From contig JBFXGO010000048.1 in the NCBI GenBank assembly GCA_050239825.1, positions 1 to 15,960 of the forward strand: a stretch of 15,960 nt of DNA, written 5' to 3'. Position 1 is the first letter of the stretch; each line of letters starts with the position of its first letter. The position numbers and the translations under genes were made by a program. Under the pieces are notes generated by a model. It did no database searches. It saw nothing but the letters and a program-made list of their open reading frames with translations, and was not told the DNA's origin. This DNA comes from a bacterium. Its GTDB lineage: Bacteria; Hydrothermota; 32-111. Of the stretch, positions 7,264 to 14,684 are shown piece after piece.

Positions 7264-8169
7264 ACGGGAGAGAGTCTTTCTCTTGCCGACCGGTTCAAGC
7301 CTCTTAACTTCCCGAAGCTCATTCATGCACTGCTTGACCGACATAAAGGAGCCGGTAAATCCCAGTATCATTCCGAAGAAAACCAAAAAGAAGATAAGAG
7401 ATGAATTTAAGAAAATCACATTTGGAATTTTCGTTGAAATGAAAGAAAAGAGTGAATATAAAATTGCGGTGGAAATCACGGAACCCAACAAGCCGTGGAC
7501 AACCCCTTCTATTATGTATGGAAGTTCGATGTATGTCTCCGTTGCCCCAACAAGGTCCATTATGTCAATCTGTTCGCGTCTAGCGTAAACAGTGAGTCTT
7601 ATTGTGTTGAATACAACGAATACTGATGAGAGTGTTATTATAATACCGAGAATAATGTCTATGAAAAAGAGAACCTTGATGATCCTGTCGAGGTCATCAA
7701 TCCATTCAGAGCCATAGTCAATATCCTCCACTCCCGAGAATAGCTTTATCTTTTCAGAAATATCCTTCAGATACTCCGGCGTCTTGTATGCCATGCTTAC
7801 CGTCACTTTAATAGAGGCGGGAAGAGGATTCGATTCAAAAGCCGAAAGAAGAGGAGAATTCTCCGACATCTCTCTCTTGAAATCCTCAAGGGCCTGATCT
7901 TTTGAGACGAACTCGGTTTGCTGGACTCCGAGAATGGTTGATATCTGCTCATTGAGAAGCTTGATATCCGCCTCTTTCAGATTATCGTTGAGATAAACAA
8001 TCATCTCTATCCTGTCTTCTGCCATTTTTATGACATTCAGCATGTTTGCAGTGCCTGCTATGAAGAGCCCGAATATGAATATTGAGATGGTTATAATGCC
8101 GATTGTTATGAAACTCATGGATTTATTTTTAAAAAATCCCTTGACAGCCTCCTGCAGAATGTAAATCAT
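7252..8169 (-). CDS. ftsX: Cell division ABC permease-like protein FtsX
   Basis: TM1, periplasmic loop with VSKDQAL and NPLPAS, NTIRLTVYARREQIDIMDLVGAT, PYIIEG; directly downstream of ftsE with an ATGA overlap. Confidence 0.95.
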   Translation of the reverse strand: MIYILQEAVKGFFKNKSMSFITIGIITISIFIFGLFIAGTANMLNVIKMAEDRIEMIVYLNDNLKEADIKLLNEQISTILGVQQTEFVSKDQALEDFKREMSENSPLLSAFESNPLPASIKVTVSMAYKTPEYLKDISEKIKLFSGVEDIDYGSEWIDDLDRIIKVLFFIDIILGIIITLSSVFVVFNTIRLTVYARREQIDIMDLVGATETYIELPYIIEGVVHGLLGSVISTAILYSLFSFISTKIPNVIFLNSSLIFFLVFFGMILGFTGSFMSVKQCMNELREVKRLEPVGKRKTLSRSIK

Positions 8170-8858
8170 GATTGGCCTCCGAATTCCATCTTGAATATAT
8201 CTTCCGGGTTGACAATCTTCCCGTCACGGAGACCCACAACCTTTCCGACGGATTTTTTTATGAGCGAATAATCGTGCGTGGCCATAAGAATTGCAGTGCC
8301 TCTCGTGTTTATCTCAAACAAAAGATCAAGAATGTCTTTGGTGCCCTCCGGGTCTACATTTCCCGTAGGTTCGTCCGCAAGAAGTATGAATGGTTCTTTT
8401 ATGATGGCGCGCGCTATGGCGACCTTCTGCTGTTCTCCTCCGGAGAGTTGATATGGAAATGAATTTCTCTTGTGAGACATCTTCACTGCGGCAAGAGCCT
8501 CAAGGGTCTTCTTTCTTATGTTGGAATATTTCTCCCCGGTAACCTGCAGGGCAAATGCCACATTATCATAAACATTTCTGTCTTTCAACAGTTTGAAATC
8601 CTGGAATATTACTCCGATTTTTCTTCTTAAAAGAGGAATTTCATTCTGCTTTATGCTCTTCGTGCTGAAACCCGCAACTTCGATCTCTCCCTCAGTCGGA
8701 AAGAGCTCCATGTAAATCATCTTCATCAGTGTCGATTTGCCTGCTCCGCTTCTTCCTATAAGATAGTTGAATTGCCCCTTCTCTATCGAGAGATTGATAT
8801 TATTGAGGGCGACCCAGTCCTTCTTGTAATATTTGTAAACATTTTTAAAATTTATCAT
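8166..8858 (-). CDS. ftsE: Cell division ATP-binding protein FtsE
   Basis: Walker A GRSGAGKST, RRKIGVIFQDFKLL, LSGGEQQ, LLADEPTGN, MATHD. Start moved to ATG 8858 (MINFKNVYK) with a purine-rich SD upstream. Confidence 0.95.
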   Translation of the reverse strand: MINFKNVYKYYKKDWVALNNINLSIEKGQFNYLIGRSGAGKSTLMKMIYMELFPTEGEIEVAGFSTKSIKQNEIPLLRRKIGVIFQDFKLLKDRNVYDNVAFALQVTGEKYSNIRKKTLEALAAVKMSHKRNSFPYQLSGGEQQKVAIARAIIKEPFILLADEPTGNVDPEGTKDILDLLFEINTRGTAILMATHDYSLIKKSVGKVVGLRDGKIVNPEDIFKMEFGGQS

Positions 8859-9783
8859 ACAGCATCTTCCCCTTTTTAAGAATTGCCTCTTCGGTGAGAT
8901 TATATTTTTCAAAGAGACTCTCGGGAGTTCCCGATTCGCCGAAGGTGTCTTCAATTCCGACAAACTCCATTAGAACTGGTCTGTTGAGAGCGGCAAACTC
9001 GGCTACTGCGGATGAGAGTCCTCCGATTACAGAATGCTCCTCAGCAACAAGAATCGCTTTTGATGTATTCAAAGCATCCAGCAAGGCTTGTTTATCCAGA
9101 GGTTTTATGGAGTACATATCCAAAAGCCCCGCATCTATGCCCATTGACTGAAAACGAAGGAGAGTGTTTTTTGCAATCGACACCATGGCTCCGCATGCGA
9201 TTATTGTTATGTCCGCCCCCTTTTTTATTGTTGCGGATTTTCCTATATCGAAAGAATCATTCTCTTTGTATAAAATCTCAAGCTCGTTTCTTGGAAGCCG
9301 CATGTAAGCATAAGATTGATAATCATACAGTTTTTTAGTGAGATCCGCTGTCATGTAGGCATCGGAAGGGCACAGAATGGCCATTCCCGGAACAGCCCTC
9401 ATCAATGCCAAGTCCTCAATGCACTGATGACTTGCACCGTCCTCTCCCACAGAGATTCCGGCATGTGTTGAAACTAATTTTACATTCCAGTGAGGATATG
9501 CTATTGAATTTCTTATCTGGTCAAAAACTCTTCCGGTTAAAAACATTGCGAATGAAGAGCAGAACGGCTTGAATCCTGCGGATGCGAATCCGGTGGCAGT
9601 TCCTATCATATCAGCTTCGGATATTCCCATATCAAAAAAGCGGGAAGGAAATTCTTTTTTGAAAAGTTCTGTCTTTGTTGATTTTGCAAGGTCTGCATCA
9701 AGCACTACAATGTCATCATGGATTCTGCCGAGCTCTACAAGAGTCTTTCCGTATGAATCCCTGAGAGATTTTTTTTCACCCAT
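8845..9783 (-). CDS. tkt: Transketolase, C-terminal subunit (pyrimidine-binding + C-terminal domains)
   Basis: VVLDADLAKST, DMGISEADM, GEDGASHQ, IKPLD, EEHSVIGGL, DTFGESG. Confidence 0.93.
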   Translation of the reverse strand: MGEKKSLRDSYGKTLVELGRIHDDIVVLDADLAKSTKTELFKKEFPSRFFDMGISEADMIGTATGFASAGFKPFCSSFAMFLTGRVFDQIRNSIAYPHWNVKLVSTHAGISVGEDGASHQCIEDLALMRAVPGMAILCPSDAYMTADLTKKLYDYQSYAYMRLPRNELEILYKENDSFDIGKSATIKKGADITIIACGAMVSIAKNTLLRFQSMGIDAGLLDMYSIKPLDKQALLDALNTSKAILVAEEHSVIGGLSSAVAEFAALNRPVLMEFVGIEDTFGESGTPESLFEKYNLTEEAILKKGKMLYDKF

Positions 9784-10591
9784 TCAAAAGCTCCTTCATG
9801 GCTTTTTCATATTCGTTTTTCTTGGGAGGGGAGCCGTGGAAGTTGACATTGTTCTCCATGAAAGATACGCCTTTGCCTTTTATCGTGTGCGCAATTATGA
9901 AGACCGGTTTTCCCATCACTTTGTCTGCTTCATTGAATGCTCTGTCGATTGCTTCAAAGTCATGCCCGTTTATTTCAATAACATGAAAACCGAATGATTC
10001 AAATCTCTCTCTTGAGGGAGATGGATTTTTTATCTCTTCGATGTATCCATCTATCTGAAGATGGTTGTAATCAAGGATGACGCGGAGATTATCAAGAGAG
10101 TATCTCGATGAAGTCATGCACGCTTCCCAGAACTGACCCTCGTTTATCTCTCCGTCTCCGACCATGCAGTAAACTTTTGCATTGATGCCCTTCATCTTAA
10201 GAGCGATTGCGCATCCGTTTGAAAACGACAATCCCTGTCCGAGAGAACCTGTGGATGTTTCTACTCCCGGAGTGGTCTTCCTTGAAGGATGCCCCTGAAG
10301 CATTGAATTTATTTTTCTGAAATGCGATAACTCTTCAATGGGAAAAATATTTTTATAAGCAAGACAAGAATATAAAGCGGCCGAAGCATGTCCTTTAGAG
10401 AGCACAAATCTGTCCCTTTCATTGTTTGCGTAGTTCTCTTTTGAAAAATTCATTTTGTGAAAGTAAAGATAAACCATTATGTCAATCGCTGAAAATGATC
10501 CGCCTATGTGTCCTGAAGAGGCATTGAAGACCATCTTGAGAATCTCCACTCTGCATTCGTTTGCTCTTTTGATTAAAAAATTCTTTTCCAT
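9776..10591 (-). CDS. tkt: Transketolase, N-terminal (ThDP-binding) subunit
   Basis: SGHIGGS, RDRFVLSKGH, LQGHP, TGSLGQG, GDGE-x-x-EG...N ThDP motif, TIKGKG...FHG. Confidence 0.94.
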   Translation of the reverse strand: MEKNFLIKRANECRVEILKMVFNASSGHIGGSFSAIDIMVYLYFHKMNFSKENYANNERDRFVLSKGHASAALYSCLAYKNIFPIEELSHFRKINSMLQGHPSRKTTPGVETSTGSLGQGLSFSNGCAIALKMKGINAKVYCMVGDGEINEGQFWEACMTSSRYSLDNLRVILDYNHLQIDGYIEEIKNPSPSRERFESFGFHVIEINGHDFEAIDRAFNEADKVMGKPVFIIAHTIKGKGVSFMENNVNFHGSPPKKNEYEKAMKELLNG

Positions 10592-10600
10592 AGAATATGA

Positions 10601-10629
10601 ATATTAAACAAAATCATAATAAATGTCAA
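10601..10629 (-). promoter_or_regulatory. Sigma70-type promoter for tktN-tktC-ftsE-ftsX (near-leaderless)
   Basis: TTGACA (10629-10624), 17 bp, TAATAT (10606-10601), 9 nt, ATG 10591; no SD. Confidence 0.6.
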
Positions 10630-10640
10630 TGATTTATCTT

Positions 10641-10713
10641 AAAAATAAAAATAATAAATAATTAAAAAAATAAAAATAATACTTGATATTTTTTTAATTA
10701 TATGTTATATATT
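10641..10713 (+). promoter_or_regulatory. Probable promoter with A/T-rich UP-like element for the micro-protein gene
   Basis: Pure A/T tract (about 10641-10681), TTGATA (10683-10688), then TG-n-TATATATT (10703-10713); exact -10 register ambiguous. Confidence 0.5.
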
Positions 10714-10745
10714 TATTAGTAAAACTTTTAACCGTAGGAGGGACA

Positions 10746-10823
10746 ATGCCTACAGCAAAAAAAGCTGCGAAGAAACCTGCTAAGAAAACAGCAAAGAAGC
10801 CAGCAAAGAAAGCAAAGAAGTAA
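10746..10823 (+). CDS. 25-aa Lys/Ala/Pro-rich histone H1-like micro-protein, MPTAKKAAKKPAKKTAKKPAKKAKK (not in the ORF track)
   Basis: AGGAGG at 10736-10741, ATG 10746, TAA 10821-10823. xAKK repeats use varied synonymous codons (GCA/GCT/GCG, AAA/AAG, CCT/CCA); a terminator follows. Confidence 0.85.
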   Translation: MPTAKKAAKKPAKKTAKKPAKKAKK

Positions 10824-10842
10824 GAAAGCAGCGAGAAAGAGT

Positions 10843-10874
10843 AAAGCCGGCCGCAATGCCGGCTTTTTTATTTT
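10843..10874 (+). terminator. Intrinsic (Rho-independent) terminator
   Basis: AAAGCCGGC (10843-10851), CGCAAT loop, GCCGGCTTT (10858-10866), then TTTATTTT. Confidence 0.88.
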
Positions 10875-10883
10875 GGGGGAAAG

Positions 10884-11912
10884 ATGAAAGAAATATCGGT
10901 GCTATACAATTCAACAAGAATCAAAAAGAAATATTCAAGCAGTTTCATAACCAAGATGCAGGACTCTCTTGTAGCGTCTCAAAACATTTTTCAATTCATA
11001 GAGACAAAAGACGCAAATAAAAACAAAGTGAAAAATTTTATTCTGAACGAATGCTCGGATTCAATAGTTCTGATAATCGGCGGCGATTCTCTCTTTCCTT
11101 TTGAAAGAGTGAAATCGCATGTTGATGACGGAGACAATGATATCTGCACCGATAACTGGTGGGTCTCTTCGAACAAAGACTGTATTCTTCCTGAAATTGA
11201 AATATCAAGAATACCTGATTTTGAGGGAGAGTCGGAAGAATCATTCCTGAAGACAATAGAAGTAGTGTTTAAAACAAATTATGTTTCCGCATACGAAAAG
11301 TTCGGAATCACCGCTCAAATATGGAAGAAAGCGGCAGAGGATGTTTTCAGGCATCTTAAATCGCAGGGAGAGATTCTCTCATCACCTCCCCACACCGCTA
11401 AGAAGAAGCTTGAATTTTCAAAATTTAAAGGAGGTCTCTATTTCAATCTTCACGGCGCAGAGGATGAAGCCGGATGGTATGGACAGAGAGACAAATTTTC
11501 ATCGTATGAGGAGGAGTATCCTCTTGCAATAATGCCGAAAGATATTTCAAAGGGGATAGAGAGGGGATTCCTCGCAAGCGAGGCATGTTATGGAGCGCAC
11601 ATAAACAAGAAAAATGCCGATGAAGCAATTATGCTAAAAGCTCTTCGAAGCGGAACGCTCTTTTGTATAGGCTCTACATCAACCGCTTACGGCACATTCG
11701 CACCGCCTCTCTCGGAGGCTGATATGCTTGTTTCAATTTTTTTTGATGAGTTTCTTAAGAAAAAAAATGCTTCTCTGGCATTTCTTAATGCAAAGAGAAT
11801 CTTTGCGCAGAGAAATATTGAGAAGAACGGATTTCTTGATGATGACGATAAAAAGACTCTTGTTGAATTTGTGATGTATGGAAATCCTCTGACGGAGGTT
11901 GATAATGAATAA
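10884..11912 (+). CDS. Peptidase C25 (gingipain)-like cysteine peptidase, caspase-hemoglobinase fold, no signal peptide
   Basis: LIIGGDSLFPF, TDNWW, PEIEISRIP, YFNLHG (His190), SEACYGA (Cys235), IGST, and FVMYGNP resembling the C25 LxGDP end motif. Confidence 0.75.
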   Translation: MKEISVLYNSTRIKKKYSSSFITKMQDSLVASQNIFQFIETKDANKNKVKNFILNECSDSIVLIIGGDSLFPFERVKSHVDDGDNDICTDNWWVSSNKDCILPEIEISRIPDFEGESEESFLKTIEVVFKTNYVSAYEKFGITAQIWKKAAEDVFRHLKSQGEILSSPPHTAKKKLEFSKFKGGLYFNLHGAEDEAGWYGQRDKFSSYEEEYPLAIMPKDISKGIERGFLASEACYGAHINKKNADEAIMLKALRSGTLFCIGSTSTAYGTFAPPLSEADMLVSIFFDEFLKKKNASLAFLNAKRIFAQRNIEKNGFLDDDDKKTLVEFVMYGNPLTEVDNE

Positions 11913-12165
11913 AAAAGAATTGAACGGCATCGTTGAAAATTATATTAAAGAGAATGCTGAAGAGTTTCTTAATGTGAAACCCGCAGTAAAAGAGGTCTCA
12001 ACGGATATCACGGAATATAAGAAACAGCTGAAGATCAAGGCAAAACAGAGAGAAGAAAGAATTTTCTCCTATACTTTTGTTTTAAATGAGGGAATGTTCA
12101 AAAAAATCTTCAGAATTTCAATTTCAGAGAACGGAGAGATTGTCAAGGTTTCCAAAAGCAAATAG
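11905..12165 (+). CDS. Small basic hypothetical protein (86 aa) coupled to the peptidase
   Basis: GGAGG at 11894-11898, ATG 11905, 8-bp overlap with the peptidase end; predicted helix followed by beta strands (YTFVL...IFRISISENGEIVKVSKSK). Confidence 0.8.
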   Translation: MNKKELNGIVENYIKENAEEFLNVKPAVKEVSTDITEYKKQLKIKAKQREERIFSYTFVLNEGMFKKIFRISISENGEIVKVSKSK

Positions 12166-12168
12166 GAA

Positions 12169-12196
12169 TTGCTTTATTCTGTATTTTCAATAAAAT
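12169..12196 (+). promoter_or_regulatory. Possible leaderless promoter for the TauE/SafE gene
   Basis: TTGCTT (12169-12174), 16 bp, TAAAAT (12191-12196), 6 nt, ATG 12203. Confidence 0.45.
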
Positions 12197-12202
12197 ATGT
12201 CC

Positions 12203-12964
12203 ATGGATTATTTGAGAATTTTTTCAATAGTGCTTCCATCCGTATTCCTTGCGGGTCTTGTTGATTCCATTGCGGGCGGCGGAGGACTCATCTCTGTTCC
12301 GGCATACCTTGCATCCGGTCTTCCTCCTCATTTTGCTCTTGGCAACAACAAGTTTTCATCATCAATAGGCACATTGTTCGCAACTCTAATGTACAGAAAG
12401 AGCCGGATGATAGACATGAAGGTTGCTCTCTTTAGCGCTCTCTTTGCTCTGGGAGGTTCATTTTTGGGAACAAGAACAGTGCTTTTGATGAATCCTGATT
12501 TTTTAAGGTATGTTCTTGTGATTTTGATACCGATTATAGCCGCATATACTCTTATTAATAAAAAATTTGGAGAAAAAGACAAATCGCATGAGATTCCGAT
12601 GAAAAGAAAAATAGGTTTATCTGTCATTGCGGGATTTGTAATAGGTTTCTACGACGGATTCTTCGGACCCGGAACAGGGTCTTTCCTGATTCTCTTCAAT
12701 ACTCTGTTTCTCAAGTATGACCTTGCCACTGCAAACGGAAACACGAAGGTAGTGAATCTTGCTTCAAACATTGCCGCCGTTGTTACATTCATCGCAAGCG
12801 GAAAGGTGATATTCATAATAGGAATGCCTGCCGCAATAGCCGGAGTTCTCGGAAATGTGCTTGGAGCTAAAATAGCGATAACGAAGGGAGCGAAAATAAT
12901 AAGGCCTGTTTTCATATTTGCTCTTGCGCTTCTGATGATAAAAATTCTCTCCGACATTATATAA
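12203..12964 (+). CDS. TauE/SafE (TSUP, YfcA-like) family membrane transporter
   Basis: AGLVDSIAGGGGLISVP, ALGNNK, IGFYDGFFGPGTGSF, KVVNLASN; highly hydrophobic. Start is 12203 or 12197. Confidence 0.92.
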   Translation: MDYLRIFSIVLPSVFLAGLVDSIAGGGGLISVPAYLASGLPPHFALGNNKFSSSIGTLFATLMYRKSRMIDMKVALFSALFALGGSFLGTRTVLLMNPDFLRYVLVILIPIIAAYTLINKKFGEKDKSHEIPMKRKIGLSVIAGFVIGFYDGFFGPGTGSFLILFNTLFLKYDLATANGNTKVVNLASNIAAVVTFIASGKVIFIIGMPAAIAGVLGNVLGAKIAITKGAKIIRPVFIFALALLMIKILSDII

Positions 12965-13041
12965 TGAATATATATTATAATAAAAGAACTCTCATAGTGA
13001 CTGAATCCTTTTTGTGATTTAAAAAAGAGACAGGAGGTATT

Positions 13042-14037
13042 ATGGCTGAAGACAAAAGATTGATAGAACCGATAATGATGGAGAAAATGGCGTATCTTCT
13101 TGAAAAGGTTCTTGGAAAGCAGGTTGATTTATCATTTGAAGGAGACCCGATTGAAATTTCAGAGGAAGAGATAAAAAACTATCAACCTAAAAACAATATT
13201 GAACGCGCTCAACTCATTGTTTATGCCGGCTATGAAAAGGATACCCGTGAACAGATGAGAGAAGCGGCTATGAATGCCCTGAAGCTTGATAACCTCTGTT
13301 GTGATGCATACACTCTTTTGGGTTTTGCCGAGGTTGATGATGCAAATAAGGCGCTGGAATATTTCAAAATGGGAGAGACCCTTTTCCGACAGAGGTATTC
13401 TGATGAATTCTTCAGAAAAAATGAAGGTGAATTCATGAACATATCGGAGACGAGGCCGTACATGAGGAACCTTTATTACACGATTCTGACGCAGGAGATG
13501 CTTCATCTATATGATGATGGTATAGAGACCGGAAAGCAGATGCTGAAACTGAACAAGGAAGACAGCATGAGGATAAAGAACCGGCTTGCCATGCTCTATA
13601 TTATAAAAGACGACATTGAAAACCTCATGCCTCTTCTTGAAAGCATTGAACCGGAGAATTTTAATGAACCGGAAATTCTGTTCGGCGCAAGTTTCGGTAG
13701 CTTATTTTATTATCAGGATAAACATGCGGCGCTTAAATATGCGAATACTCTTTTTGAATGCAATGAGTTTATAGGAGACTTTTTTGCGGGAAGGTACATT
13801 CCGGAAAGAGATTTGCCGGGACGATTTCCTTCAGAGGAAGAAGAAAAGGCGAAAGAGTTCATTTCAATGTTCTCCAAAGTTTTTAATGAGAACATGAAAA
13901 AGACAAGGGAGTGGATGGCTTTTTTGAGGGAATCATCCGGTGCTGAGACTGAAAAAAGGCATACTGAGGACAAACAAAAAAAGAAAAACAAAAGAAAAAT
14001 GGCAAAAGCAAGCAGACGAAAGAATAAGAAGAAATAG
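13042..14037 (+). CDS. Hypothetical TPR-like helical protein with RPYMR motif and basic C-terminal tail
   Basis: AGGAGG at 13032-13037; ALKLD...DAYTLLG TPR-like helices; ETRPYMR...LKLNKEDSMRI; tail KKKNKRKMAKASRRKNKKK. Confidence 0.8.
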   Translation: MAEDKRLIEPIMMEKMAYLLEKVLGKQVDLSFEGDPIEISEEEIKNYQPKNNIERAQLIVYAGYEKDTREQMREAAMNALKLDNLCCDAYTLLGFAEVDDANKALEYFKMGETLFRQRYSDEFFRKNEGEFMNISETRPYMRNLYYTILTQEMLHLYDDGIETGKQMLKLNKEDSMRIKNRLAMLYIIKDDIENLMPLLESIEPENFNEPEILFGASFGSLFYYQDKHAALKYANTLFECNEFIGDFFAGRYIPERDLPGRFPSEEEEKAKEFISMFSKVFNENMKKTREWMAFLRESSGAETEKRHTEDKQKKKNKRKMAKASRRKNKKK

Positions 14038-14106
14038 ATAAATCTCTCATAAAGCATTTAGATGTTAAACTTACAATCTTAAGCCCGTTTTCATACATAT
14101 TTTAAA

Positions 14107-14130
14107 TTTCGCGGTTCTCGAATCGCAAAA
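14107..14130. promoter_or_regulatory. Imperfect 24-bp palindrome, candidate operator
   Basis: TTTCGCGGTTC-TC-GAATCGCAAAA (9 of 11 arm positions complementary), ending 6 bp upstream of the -35 box. Confidence 0.5.
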
Positions 14131-14136
14131 ATACTA

Positions 14137-14165
14137 TTGACATCAATTCTCTTGTTTGTTATAAT
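14137..14165 (+). promoter_or_regulatory. Consensus sigma70 promoter with extended -10, leaderless
   Basis: TTGACA (14137-14142), 17 bp, TATAAT (14160-14165), TG at 14157-14158, ATG 6 nt downstream. Confidence 0.85.
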
Positions 14166-14171
14166 GTGTTT

Positions 14172-14684
14172 ATGAAATCTCAGGATATTGTAATTATTAT
14201 GAAAATTATTTCAATGAAACAGCTGGATTGGAGGCTGATTGATATTGCCTATCAGACGCGGATAAGTTTATCGGAGGTCAGTGAAGGTATGAAGCGTCTG
14301 CGGGAATCTTCGCTCCTCTTCGGAGAAAATAAAGTCAATACCGAGAATCTTCGCGAATTTCTCTTCCATGGTTTAAAATACTGCTTTCCGGCAAAGGTCG
14401 AAAGGACATGCAGGGGAATACTGACTGCGCATTCAAGCAGATTCATGAAAAATTTTGTTGAATCAGAGTCCATCTCGGATTATGTCTGGCCATACGAGCA
14501 CGGCGAATCTTACGGCCTAAGCGTCAGACCGTTATACAAGACAGTTCCGGGTTTTGTCGAAAAAGATGACTCCATGTATGAAGCACTCTCTTACATTGAT
14601 GTTCTTCGATTGGGACGCGTCAGGGAAATTGCCCTTGCGAAAGAAAAACTCACCGAAATAATAAAAAAGTACGATGCTGTCTGA
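14172..14684 (+). CDS. N-terminal HTH protein, putative antitoxin/regulator of an AbiE-like (type IV TA) pair
   Basis: HTH-like 'LIDIAYQTRISLSEVSEGMKRL', then EFLFHGLKYCFP, RGILTAHS, VWP, PLYKTVP, IDVLRLGRVRE. Start moved to ATG 14172 on promoter geometry (GTG 14166 abuts the -10 box). Confidence 0.7.
   Translation: MKSQDIVIIMKIISMKQLDWRLIDIAYQTRISLSEVSEGMKRLRESSLLFGENKVNTENLREFLFHGLKYCFPAKVERTCRGILTAHSSRFMKNFVESESISDYVWPYEHGESYGLSVRPLYKTVPGFVEKDDSMYEALSYIDVLRLGRVREIALAKEKLTEIIKKYDAV

Noticed and set aside
8859..8963. Longer FtsE start (MSELKTP...)
   Set aside because: Lies inside the transketolase C-subunit gene; the FtsE-typical start MINFKNV at 8858 has its own SD.
8166..10591. Split transketolase and its linkage to ftsEX as a pseudogene or novelty
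   Set aside because: Two-subunit transketolases are well known in anaerobic bacteria and archaea; both halves are intact with a normal 8-bp overlap.
10746..10823. Micro-protein as substrate of the PIMT-like methyltransferase
   Set aside because: It contains no Asp or Asn, so it cannot carry an isoAsp/aspartimide.
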